DNA of 64,000 bases. Origin: Macrostomum lignano. Taxonomy: Eukaryota. The DNA is taken from contig NIVC01000307.1 in NCBI GenBank assembly GCA_002269645.1, positions 372,001 through 436,000 on the forward strand, read 5' to 3'. Shown piece by piece: positions 12,585-24,180 of the stretch. A program made the translations under genes and the position numbers. The stretch's first letter is position 1; the number at the start of each line of letters is the position of its first letter. The notes beneath the pieces are model-generated. The model saw only the letters and a program-made list of their open reading frames with translations. It was not told the origin of the DNA and did no database searches.

Positions 12585-13612
12585 ATGAGTGAGTGAGAGA
12601 GTAAGCGAGAATATAGGAGTGAGGGTGAGAGAGTGAGTGAGTGAGTGAGTGAGTGAGTGAGTGAGAGAGAGTGAGTGAGAGAGAAAGCGAGAATATAGGA
12701 GTGAGGGTGAGAGAGTGAGTGAGTGAGTGAGAGAGTGAGTGAGTGAGTGAGTGAGAGAGAGTGAGAGAGAGAGAAAGCGAGAATATAGGAGTGAGGGTGA
12801 GAGAGTGAGTGAGTGAGTGAGTGAGTGAGAGAGTGAGTGAGTGAGTGAGTGAGTGAGTGAGAGAGTGAGTGAGTGAGTGAGTGAGTGAGTAAGTGAGTGA
12901 GTGAGAGAGAGAGTGAGAGAGAAAGCGAGAATATAGGAGTGAGGGTGAGAGAGTGAGTGAGTGAGTGAGAGAGTGAGTGAGTGAGTGAGTGAGAGAGAGT
13001 GAGAGAGAGAGAAAGCGAGAATATAGGAGTGAGGGTGAGAGAGTGAGTGAGTGAGTGAGTGAGTGAGAGAGTGAGTGAGTGAGTGAGTGAGTGAGAGAGT
13101 GAGTGAGTGAGTGAGTGAGTGAGTAAGTGAGTGAGTGAGAGAGAGTGAGTGAGAGAGAAAGCGAGAATATAGGAGTGAGGGTGAGAGAGTGAGTGAGTGA
13201 GTGAGTGAGTGAGAGAGTGAGTGAGTGAGTGAGTGAGTGAGAGAGTGAGTGAGTGAGTGAGTGAGTGAGTAAGTGAGTGAGTGAGAGAGAGTGAGTGAGA
13301 GAGAAAGCGAGAATATAGGAGTGAGGGTGAGAGAGTGAGTGAGTGAGAGAGAGAGAAAGAGAGAGAGTGAGTGAGTGAGTGAGTGAGAGAGTGAGTGAGT
13401 GAGTGAGTGAGAGAGTGAGTGAGTGAGTGAGTGAGTGAGTAAGTGAGTGAGTGAGAGAGAGTGAGTGAGAGAGAAAGCGAGAATATAGGAGTGAGGGTGA
13501 GAGAGTGAGTGAGTGAGAGAGAGAGAAAGAGAGAGAGTGAGTGAGTGAGTGAGTGAGAGAGTGAGTTAAAGAGAGAGTGAGAGAGAGAGAGAGAGAGAGT
13601 GAGTGAGAGAGT
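12585..13612. repeat. (GAGT)n/(GA)n microsatellite with a recurring anchor AAGCGAGAATATAGGAGTGAGGGT (higher-order unit)
   Basis: Anchor recurs about nine times between variable-length GAGT runs. Confidence 0.95.
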
Positions 13613-16130
13613 GAGAGATCTCCTAACCCCGGATCCATATATTCTCTCAAATTACATGTGCATGTACATTTACTCTCATCCCCTCCCTTTGCTTTCACCA
13701 AAATTCTCGGCTTTGAGTACACAATAAAATACACACAATAATGCTCGTACATTTACACAGACATTCTCATAGGCATTGGGCCTAAGATGCGCTTTTTCTG
13801 TTATGTGAGTGAACGATAGTGGTTAACTTGCTTTCGTCAAAGTACATGTAAACCTTCGTCAAAATGAATGGCACCTCTAAATCCACGTACCATAGCACAA
13901 TATCAAGCCGCTAGATTTGTTTGTCCGTAATAATGCACTAGACGCACCCAGACGCCGAATATACACTCAAATAATCGTGCGAGCTCGTAAAAAAACTTTT
14001 CAAATTACAGCAACTTGCAATTGAACTTTTGAGAGGCTTTTTGAAAGTGAAGTTAAAATTAATTACTCAAGCTTTTGCTCTCAAAAGCATTATTCATGCT
14101 CATCCACTGCTAAAAGTAACAAATTGTGCTTTTGTTAAAGATATTTTTAAAATTGCCCTTGTTGGCTTGCAATCGTTTTGGGCCACTTAATTATTCATCT
14201 TATTCCTGACCAATCTTGGGACGCTTCTTCCTCATCTAACTCCACAACCCATCACAACCAATAGCAATGCTGGAAGATTGGTAGCTCCCCCTCAATTCCA
14301 GTAGCCAGTAAGAGCTGTGGCGGTCTTGGTGTGTGGCGGTCTTGGTCATGCGCCCAAGAAGGTCTTAACCATTTTTGTAAGGAATTCTTGTTAAATAAAA
14401 ATGAAATAGGCCTATATTAACATACAGCCATGTAGCATTCTAAACATACCAGATGCAGATACTGACTTGGTTGAAGCAGCTAGTCAGTTCAAATATAGAG
14501 ATTTCCTAATTTCATGATTGAAAAGAGACAACTTAAAAATATTTATACGTGTAGGTTTTTACAAATTTGAAAATTCTGCACGTTATTTTTGAGACGCATT
14601 TTTATCTGTTTCTTAGGTAATTTTAAAGTAAATTATCTAACTGTGAAAAAATAAATTGCATGTTACTGACTATAACTTTGTTTTAATGGAAAAATGCCGT
14701 TTACTTTTTTAAACAGTCTGCGAAAAAGCAATGCTCACTTACGTCAGACACTGCGAAAATTCTGGCTGGTAGAAAGTAGTTTTGTAGACTGATTTAGATC
14801 AAAACAGACGCCTACTGTCTAACCCGGAAGTTTATTTTGTACGTACAAGCACATGTAGGCGATTTTTGAAGGAAATACGATTCTAGGTTTTCATTACATT
14901 TTTTCTCTTGCATAAGCAGCGCAGCTTGTAGCGAGTTTAACAATTCTATTTTTACCTTCTTAAGAGAAGTAGTACTAGAGAATTGAAGAAAACTAATATT
15001 CTTGCTTAAAAAGAATATTAAAATCGGAACCCAGACAATTTTACGCAGCGGTCTATAATAATATTTTAACGAGACATCATCAATATGCTTATTTATTCAC
15101 CAAAGTTGAAGAAACTGCGCGTTAATATTGATTGGAGGCACAAAGATGTTATGGGAGCATTTCCATCAACAAATTTTAGGGAAAACACGGCAAACGCAAA
15201 GCTAGGTATAAAACTGTGTTATATTACGTAGTAGTCATTTAAATTGAATTTTGCGTCCGACATCCTCGTAATTATACGAGGATTACCATCTCGTATAAAA
15301 GCTAATTTTTCGAAAACTGTAACTTAAGCTTGTTTCACATTATCACCAGTTGCTCTACGGCTAAACATGACAAAAAACCTATTTATACATTGGTGTGAGC
15401 CAAACTGTAAAAATTTCTAGTAATCTTCGGCTTCCGTGGAACTACTCGTATACTCGTTTACTAAGAAATCCAAAATAGCAAAACAGACACAAGGGAGGGA
15501 CATTTGTAGGTTTAACGATGCAAAAGTCTGGTTGGCATTTTTAGCTTCTAATATTTGGTAACTACAAGGTTTGTTCAAAAAACAAAAGCCCAAAAAATAG
15601 TTTTCAACTAAGCTAATAAGTTTAAACATTAAATAGACGTTGTGGTATTTGCGATACAAAATAAAACCGGACAAATTGTTTACAAAAATATAGGGGATAA
15701 AATTTGGATAAACCGAACGAACAAATTTAAACTATTAAGAACTGCATAAAGAATTTGAACAAAGCCGAAAGTTGAAAGAAAATAACTTCGACTACAAAAA
15801 ATAATGTACGATTGAATGAAACCACGGCGAAAGAGGGTAAAAACAGGGTGAAACAAAGCACAGGAATTTGGGGCAGAGGAGCCTACATATTATTAGAGAA
15901 TTAAATACCACACATAACATCATGTACCAGCCAATATGTTCGCCTAAATTTAACAGAAGTTTAAAGATAGATGGAACATTCTTACATAAAGTATAACTGC
16001 GTTAAGATGCTTTCAACTAAGATAATAAATACATAAGCTATAAATATGATATTTGGTATTAACCTGAACTATGAAATTAGGAGTAACCTAAAAATAATTA
16101 GGAAAACAATAAATAAGCAAACTATTGTGT

Positions 16131-16136
16131 TTTATT
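16131..16136 (-). terminator. Putative polyadenylation signal AATAAA for BTF3
   Basis: TTTATT on + strand about 55 nt past the BTF3 stop codon. Confidence 0.55.
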
Positions 16137-16191
16137 AACTGCCAGATAAATGTCAGTTAGCACTAATGCTTTCAACCAATCAATGAGCGAC

Positions 16192-16328
16192 CTATTCGGT
16201 TTTGGAGGCTTCGTCAAAGTTGCCAGTGAGCTCCGGTACATCGTCGTCGTCTTTGGCCGCGGCAGCGACGGCGGCCGCTGCTTCAGCATTGTTGCTATCG
16301 TCGCCCTCTTCTGGCTTTGAGGCGGAGC
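16192..16328 (-). CDS. BTF3: BTF3 / NAC beta subunit, exon 2 (last), not listed in the ORF track
   Basis: TTTTTCAAG acceptor, phase 1 matching exon 1; encodes ...AKDDDDVPELTGNFDEASKTE*, matching the BTF3 C-terminal DDEVPDLVENFDEAS motif. Confidence 0.9.
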
Positions 16329-17127
16329 CTTGAAAAAAGGTTTTTAAAAAGGCTTAGTTTAACAATTCATTAAACTTCAGAATATATCAATTAGATAAAG
16401 AAACGGTTTTTAGGATAATCAATTTATAAGGGATCTGTGAGACAACCTATTGAGACAAGTAGGCGAATAAAGATTCAAATCGTAAAGTCTTTCGGATACG
16501 ACTAATAGAATTACGCAAGTGGCGTGGAAATGAAATTATCAATACAACTTTTAGTATAGCGAACTAGCAATCTGCGCCCCTAGTTGGGGAGGCAACAGAA
16601 GGAATATTTTTTATTGAATAAACTATACACTTCGGTTTTGATTTTGTACATTCGCTATTGTTTTGTTAGTATCCTAAGAAAAAGATGTTCAAAGCAAAAA
16701 CGCATCCGTCCTGAGAGCCAGCTATCTAGCTTAATATTTCAGCATCCTATGTGACCTTTGTCATCAAAGCCTCCCTTTAACCACGGCTTATCCCCAACAT
16801 TCCTTATGATTTACCAATACGAGTACCTTTAGCTTCGCCCACAGATACTATATAACTAGATAGGTCACTCAGTTAATTTACTCTCACACTACTCTTAGGA
16901 CCAGCCATCAGTAGTGAAAAATAGCCAAAATAAGAAATCAATTTTGCAAACTTCCGTAAAATAGTTTTTTGATAGCAAGAAACTTGTTATGTATAAGCAC
17001 AATAGGGGCTGATGCGCTCGTACATAACAAGTAAGTAAGTATAAGCACACTATTCGTTTTATTTCTAAATCAATTTATTTTTCATTATTTTAGCAATATT
17101 GTATTAAATTGTTATGCTTTCACGCAT

Positions 17128-17673
17128 TCACGCTGTGTCTGTGTGGGCCCGGGCGTTGTCCTGATGAAGTAGCAGCCCCCGATGTCGTGTCTTAGGGCGT
17201 CTTTCAGCAACAGCTTGCAGCACTTGAGGAAGAAACACCGTCACATACCAGTTGGCAGTCACAATAACTGCCACTGGACCGCTACTACGAGCCACGAAAA
17301 TGGCCACCATCTGCTTGGCGACGCTTCGTGACTGGACCTATTTTGAAGGCGGGCTGCTTCCTACAGGGATCCATTGCGACGACTGCAGCTTATTTTCGGG
17401 GTCGAAGCTGTACACCCAAGTCTCGTCTTCACTGATGACCTCCGAGGTGCTTGTTGACCTGCCTTCGTCAAATCTGTCCAACTGGGCTCGGCACTAATCG
17501 GCTCGAGCTTGTTTTTGTGCCTCAGTCAGGCAATGAGGCACCCAGCGAGCGGACACCCTGCTCAGCCCGAGATTTTCGTGCAGAATGCTCGACGTATTTC
17601 CCGATGAAATGCCGACAGCAGTGGCTAACTGTTGCACCGTTGATTGTGGATCTTCAGCGATCAGTGCCTGCAC
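17128..17673 (-). mobile_element. Mariner transposase relic, 3'-truncated, in BTF3 intron; CpG retained
   Basis: Single frame LHENLGLSRVSARWVPHCLT...SEDETWVYSFDPE...KQMVAIF...LLLHQDNARAH with two stops; WVPHxL, DETW and DNA motifs present, YSPDL absent. Confidence 0.88.
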
Positions 17674-18452
17674 ACTGCAGCCGCGTTTGCGTCAGGTCGA
17701 GTAGATGCCTCGTGCGACAAGCCGCAATGCGGGGCTGTAAGCTGAATCGTCGAAATATGCACTCCGGACTTTCAAATTGCTGTAAGCTATACATCCAGCT
17801 CCAGAAATCCTTTCCATCGAGTAGCCATCGTGTCATCTGCCGCTGCCGGGAATCAGTGCATTCACACTGGAGTTCTGGTATCGCCAGCAAAGGCAACAAA
17901 GGCAAAGTACGCTGGGCTGCTAGGCTTATATTGAGATTTGGTTCAAAGACCATATAGTGCGTACATTATGGCTTGCACAGCCCTTAACCCTTTCACCACC
18001 CTCCCATCCTCCCCTCAGTGCGGCTTCGGTTGGCTTTTACTAAGATAAGCCAGCGCAAAAATCTCTGCTTAGCTAGATGGCTTGTACAGCCCTCGGCCTC
18101 CACCCCTTCACCCCCTCCCCCCTTCACACTGCTATAGGCTCAATAGGGTTGAAAAGGAAAGCGTTTACTGGAAACTTAGGCTAGCGAAAGCCTAGCTTAA
18201 AGTCAATAATGTACACTATAGCAGATTGTGCATATGGTTTCCGATCGATTTCATTTTAGTCACTGATAAGAATGTTTCTTATAATATGCATTTACACTAC
18301 CGTCCTAAGAGTAGTATCGTTTTTGGTCCCCACAGCGAGATAGGGAGTGACCTATCTAGTTATATAGTATCTATGGCTTCGCCTACCAACAACTTCCAAT
18401 TGATCATTGGTATCTCAGCAACCCCTTCGCCCCTTTCCCAGGAGGCCATCCC

Positions 18453-19040
18453 ATGAAGTTATCAACTCATCAATTGATCAAGTTATCAACTAATGAATCA
18501 ATCAAGTTATCAACTAATCAATCGATCAAGTTATCAACTAATGAATCAATCAAGTTATCAACTAATCAATCGATCAAGTTATCAACTAATCAATCGATCA
18601 AGTTATCAACTAATCAATCGATCAAGTTATCAACTAAGGAATCGATCAAGTTATCAACTAATAAATCGATCAAGTTATAAACTAATGAATCGATCAAGTT
18701 ATCAACTAATCAATCGATCAAGTTATCAACTAATGAATCGATCAAGTTATCAACTAATGAATCAATCAAGTTATCAACTAATCAATCGATCAAGTTATCA
18801 ACTAATCAATCGATCAAGTTATCAACTAATCAATCGATCAAGTTATCAACTAATGAATCGATCAAGTTATCAACTAATAAATCGATCAAGTTATAAACTA
18901 ATGAATCGATCAAGTTATCAACTAATAAATCGATCAAGTTATCAACTAATGAATCGATCAATTTATCAACTAATGAATCGATCAAGTTATAAACTAATAA
19001 ATCGATCAAGTTATCAACTAATCAATCGATCAAGCAATTA
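18453..19040. repeat. 24-bp minisatellite ATCGATCAAGTTATCAACTAATCA, about 24 copies, in BTF3 intron
   Basis: Direct reading. Confidence 0.95.
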
Positions 19041-19232
19041 TCTAACCGATTGATCATACAACCAACTAACAAACCAATCCATTAATCAACATATCAATGT
19101 ATCAAGCAATTAACTATTCCATTAAATAAGTAGTCAACTAATCAATCGAGCAAAATTTCAACGAATCAACGTGTTTATTAGTGAACAAAATAAAGATTAC
19201 GCACCAGTATCAGATACATAATGATTACTTAC

Positions 19233-19608
19233 TCAATCCAGCTGCCATTTTCTTTAAGCTGGCAAAACTCTCCGGGCCCATCTGATTCCACACAGTTGGC
19301 AGCAGTTCCGTCAAGCTTTTAGTCTCAGCTTGCCCAGTGATGGCAAAGGTATTAGCCTGAAGCGAAGCCTGAACCTTTGGATTGGTGAAGTGGATCACTT
19401 CTCCGCCTTCGCGAAACATATTGACCTCCTCAATGCCCGGGATGGCATTGACGCCGAGCTTCTTCAGTGTAGTGGTGACTTTGCGCTCGTCTGTGCCAGT
19501 GTTCTTGTGCACAATCTTCTTCTTCCGCCTGGCGGAGCCTTTGCCACCAATGCGGATAGAGTCTACCTGGGACTTAAGCTTGTCTATCTTGGCTTGCCGA
19601 TTCTCCAT
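19233..19608 (-). CDS. BTF3: BTF3 / NAC beta subunit, exon 1 (protein about 170 aa)
   Basis: [34 protein letters not shown]...[18 protein letters not shown]...[19 protein letters not shown]; donor A|GTAAGT at 19232. Confidence 0.95.
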
Positions 19609-22600
19609 GACCGTGACTTGGCTGTAAGTAGTGACAATTTTTAACCCTTGCAAGATGGCATATTTGTGCATACAGCCAATATTTTGCAGTCACCAAACTT
19701 AAACCTACTAGACTTCATTATATAAGGATATATAGTCTGGCTCGAGCCCACACAGTTTGCTACCCAACTGTCACTGCACTCAAGAACAGTGCTACTGAGA
19801 AGTAGATGAGTATGTCATCTGACTTTATCATCAAAGTATGCTTTAGTTTCCAAACAAGGCAAGAGAGAGTTCTGGTTTGCAATGGTTACAATAGTTACTA
19901 AACTTGCCTTTCATATTTATTTGAACTAAACTGTCTTTAATTTTTGCTTTGGTGCTAAATTTCAAGTTTTTTATCCCCCATGGGTCAAGTTTTATGCAAC
20001 ACCTGATATACCAAGGTATATACCTTATAGTCTTGAATACATGTCATGCAATTTGGGTGGTCATTTTGTCTTAGCACTGTCAGTTTCTCTGCTATAGGTC
20101 TATGTGGAATGAACAGCAATGTGTGAGAGAGAGAGAGAGAGAAACACTAGGGTAGATAGTTTATCAACATTGTGTCTAATGGAAACAATAATCATCAGTG
20201 AAGTAACAAAACACATTTTCTTGCAAAGAGCCACATCTTTCTAGAAGTAAGTAATTGTTGCTTTTTTAATTTTTCTACATTTAAATAACTTTTTTATCAT
20301 TACTTTTGCTAATATTAATGTAGACAATTAAATAGTAAAACATTTTAAATATATTTTTTAATAAAAAAATTCAAAGAATATACATTTACATACAGTTTTT
20401 CTATGCATATAAATACTTCAAAAGGGTTTAACTAAAATTATAAAAAATTTTTGTAAATGTTTTACTACTTGACCAATTTTAAAAACTAAGGTGTTTTTTA
20501 CTGAGACAAATGAGATTTATCAAATGAAATAGGCCTAGATAAAAAGAAATACTAAAAAATAACTTTCTGTAATAACTTTGAAGGCAAAGGCTGGCTTGTT
20601 GCACAAATTGGTTTGCTCTGCTGAGCTAAGAATTGCAGAGATACTAGAAAAGAAGTGCCCTTTCTAAGCAGAGTGGGAGGCACCTTTAAGGAAGTATATT
20701 TGGGGTGGGTATGCCCTAAGCTTTGTAGAGGGAAGGCATGAGTAGGACGCACATAGACAGTGGAGAGATACAGACAATGGGGTGAGTCACACGCAGGTGG
20801 AAAGATAGACAGAGAGAGATGTTGGAACCAGACAGACACACAGTGATTCAGACAAAGGGAAAGTGCATACACAAAACACTAAGAGTTTATAATGTCCATG
20901 GCACAAATGCAACACTTTCAAAAGCTTACTAGAATTCACAGTGTAGAAAGATATTAATATTATACTTTTATTTCATTGTTTTCCATTGTTCTATGATTGC
21001 AACTGTTTCATTTAAAATGAAAAAAATAATTCAACAGATGAAAAAGGAAAATAGTTAATGGATTCTTATATAGGCAAGAAAATCTATTGCATACCACATT
21101 TAATATTTTTTTAATTCTTAAGTGGCCTAATCTAATAACTAAACTTAAATAGCATGAAAGTCTACTACTACTCATAGAGTAACAAAAACTAGAGTAAGGC
21201 ACTAGTCTATTAATAAGCATTAATCTATTAATAGACATTAACCATAAATATACCTAATAAGCATGTAGACTTTTGTACTAATGAGACAGTATAATAATTA
21301 GTTAGATATCTTGTTTGCTTGTTGCGTGCCTCAATAGTATCTTTATGCCTTAATCATTCTGCATGCCTTTTTCTATAGTTTGTTTTTAACGCGCAGTGTT
21401 CTCAAAATAATTTCTATTAATAGTAGTCTTACTGAATAAATAAATTTCCACTAATAAGAACATAATCTGTTATCATACCTTCTTGTAACTATTTTGTAGT
21501 ATAATAATTTGTTAATATCTGTCCGCCATTTTTGCTGCTTTTAGTATAAAAGAAGCGAAATATATTGAAAGAAAGCTAACCTGCTGCCTGGCAACTTGAT
21601 AACCTGTTCACCTTGGCTTGCCGCCTTCAGGCTCTTGCTATTAGGCCTTAGTGCCGCTCTGTTCTAAAAATAGCTATTGAGTCAGACTTGTTTCTTTAAA
21701 GGCGAGCAGTCACCCCTTTATTCCCATATCCCTCTCTCGAGAACGTACAACCCCCCTTCTGACGAATTGCTACACCCCTCTTCACCAAGCCAAACAGGCG
21801 TGCAGCCTTTCCCTACTCCCTGACCCCTCAGCTTGACCTGATGTTTGGCCAACTCCCCAACCAGACTCCCTGTTAGCTCTGGCCTCAACTCCCACATTAG
21901 GCATATTGCCTCCTTATCCCACTAGGCCTGTTGCCTAAGCTATATACCCCTCATTACTTCCCTCACATCAGGCATATTTGCCTCCTTACCCTGTTAAGGC
22001 TTTTAGCCTGTCATTCTTTGATTAGGCATATTGCCTTCTTAATTCCCTATCTGAATCCCCCGGATGCCAGGCATTCCCCAGTGAAGATTAGAATCCCCCC
22101 CTTTGCGCAATTCTTAGGCAACTCTGATCTACTGTGTAGCCATTTTCAGATTAGATTATATAGACAGTGTCTTGCCGCTAGGACACTAGGTTACCAGGAG
22201 CAACCTTAGGCTTACTCCTACTAGTAATAGTAATTGCATATTTCTTCCCAAATTCAAAGAAATTCCCAAAAATCCCTGGCAACCCCAATCCCCTTTTACA
22301 ACAAATTTAGTGTTAGCAAAAGGATAAATTGTCCTCCCTCACGACCCTTACAACACTAATTTAATGTAAATTGGACTAAAATCATCTAGTTTTGATTATT
22401 TTTTACCATAAGACAATGCAAAATAGATGTGTAGATGAAGAAATAGATAGGCAATTAAAAAATTTCTGGATAAAAGCATACTTTGGTCCAGATTTATACT
22501 TGTTTTTCTAACAATTACTTATACTCCTGTTTGTCTACCTTGAACTAGACAGGAAGCCAGAGAATTTCTGGTATATTTTGGTTTATATTTATACCAAGTT

Positions 22601-22639
22601 TCATAGCCAGCAACTTATTCACCTAAATATCCATTCAGA

Positions 22640-22919
22640 CATAATGACAATGGCAAAACTTTTACTAATGAAAAATTTAAAGCATTTTGCTAACTTTATA
22701 ATATGTGCCACTGCTACACTTTTATTATCCCCTATCATTCCTAGTCTAATGGACTAGTAGAAAGATTTAATAAACATTAAACAAGTGAAATTTATTCACT
22801 TGTCTAATTAATAAAGACCACAAAGATTGGGACTTACTGATACCCACAGCCCTTGTAGCCTTAGAAACAGATCCAATGCAACCATAGGCTTTTCCCTACA
22901 TTTCCTACTTTTTGGTAGA
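22640..22919 (+). mobile_element. Degenerate Gypsy-type retroviral integrase core
   Basis: DNGKTFTNEKFKAFC*...PYHS*SNGLVERFNK, then after a frameshift DWDLLIPTALVA...ATIGFSLHFLLFGR; fits the rve consensus SDNG...PYHPQSNGxxER...DW...TGxSP..LLFGR. Confidence 0.85.
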
Positions 22920-24180
22920 TAGAAAAGCTATATACATTGAGGTATGATAGGTAAATAGGGTCAAATAGGTAGTTTAGCATTAGAAACTTAGTGGCATTTA
23001 GTGGGATTGGTTAGAGAGAAGCAATAGGCCTACAACAACTTAATAACAGAGAGCTAGCAAGCTAGCAAAAAGCCCTCCTCCATGCATTTGTTAATCCAGA
23101 TAGGTTACGCAACACTTGTTTGCATGTATAATGCTGACCATTTGCTGGTTTGATATAGAATGACCTAGGTGGACTAATTTAATTGATTTGTGCATTGTGT
23201 ACATGATTTCAATGTTGTTCTTTAGACTTGACTGGCTAGCTTTTAACTAAGGCTCATTCACACTGACTTGAAATGAGCAACCCAGTTATGTGACTTGTGT
23301 ACTTAGGGATAAAAAATGATATACAAATTGTGCAATCACACAAAATTGGCCAGGTTTATTGTTGTGTCAACAAGCCTTAAGTCCTTGCTAAGTTAACTTA
23401 TAGGAAGGTATACTAGAATTTTTATTTAACTTTTGATGCACGCATGAATTTGGCTTTAATAGCTAACGAGCCACTTAACAGCCAGGCATTTTTTTGTTAT
23501 TTTAAGAAGCGACATTCAGATAACAAGAATTTAAAAAACTAAGCAATAATAGGCAAGATGAAGCCAAGAGGAACTGTCCAACAATTGCTGGGGTCTTTTG
23601 TAGCCAGTTGGTTAGCAGTCTTGTTGTACGGATCATGACACATACACAAGTAAGCATCAATTTTTTTCTGTTGTGGCTTACTAGTCAAACAGTTTATTGG
23701 TTTTATTTATTGGTTTTTATTGTAATTAATTATTGTTAATACAGATTTAATCCTGGACAAACGGTAGTAGTACCGGCAGCATTTTTTCTATGCTAATATG
23801 CGATGATTCTTTTGCTGAAATTTGAGTGTGAAGTGAAACAAAGGCGCCGTTAGCAAGAGGATGGGAGAAATCAGCCGACACGCGCGTGATGCGTGAACAA
23901 GCATCCAGCCTTGGCAGCAACTCCCCAGATGCACAAGATCTGCATGCCTAAAAATAGTCCTGATGATCGGCGAGCTAGAAGCCCAGCCATGCGACCCTCG
24001 CGTGATGCATGCACAACCTCTGACCGACACTGCCTATTGGGCCTCGAAATCCCACTCTCTCTCTCCCTACTGCTCCTATTCCTCGTTGCTCGCGTACAGT
24101 GTGCTAGCTTATAAAATATACTGATTGAAGAGGAAAGATCCTTGCCTGAAGTTTGAGAATGTGACTCTAGAGATCACACA

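Larger units (their letters stand above)
6023..14354 (+). mobile_element. Mutator-like (MULE) DNA transposon, 8.3 kb, with TIRs and 8-bp TSD
   Basis: 32-bp perfect inverted core GACCAAGACCGCCACACACCAAGACCGCCACA (6030-6061 / 14316-14347), weaker similarity for about 120 bp; flanked on both sides by CAAGAAGG (6015-6022, 14355-14362); encloses a MULE transposase. Confidence 0.82.

Noticed and set aside
15262-15283. Perfect 9-bp stem ATCCTCGTA/TACGAGGAT as a Helitron 3' hairpin
   Set aside because: No CTRR end at the expected distance and no other Helitron hallmark
19225-19671. BTF3 as an intronless 148-aa ORF, as suggested by the ORF track
   Set aside because: The true start is the ATG at 19608, and a donor at 19232 joins a conserved C-terminal exon at 16192-16328
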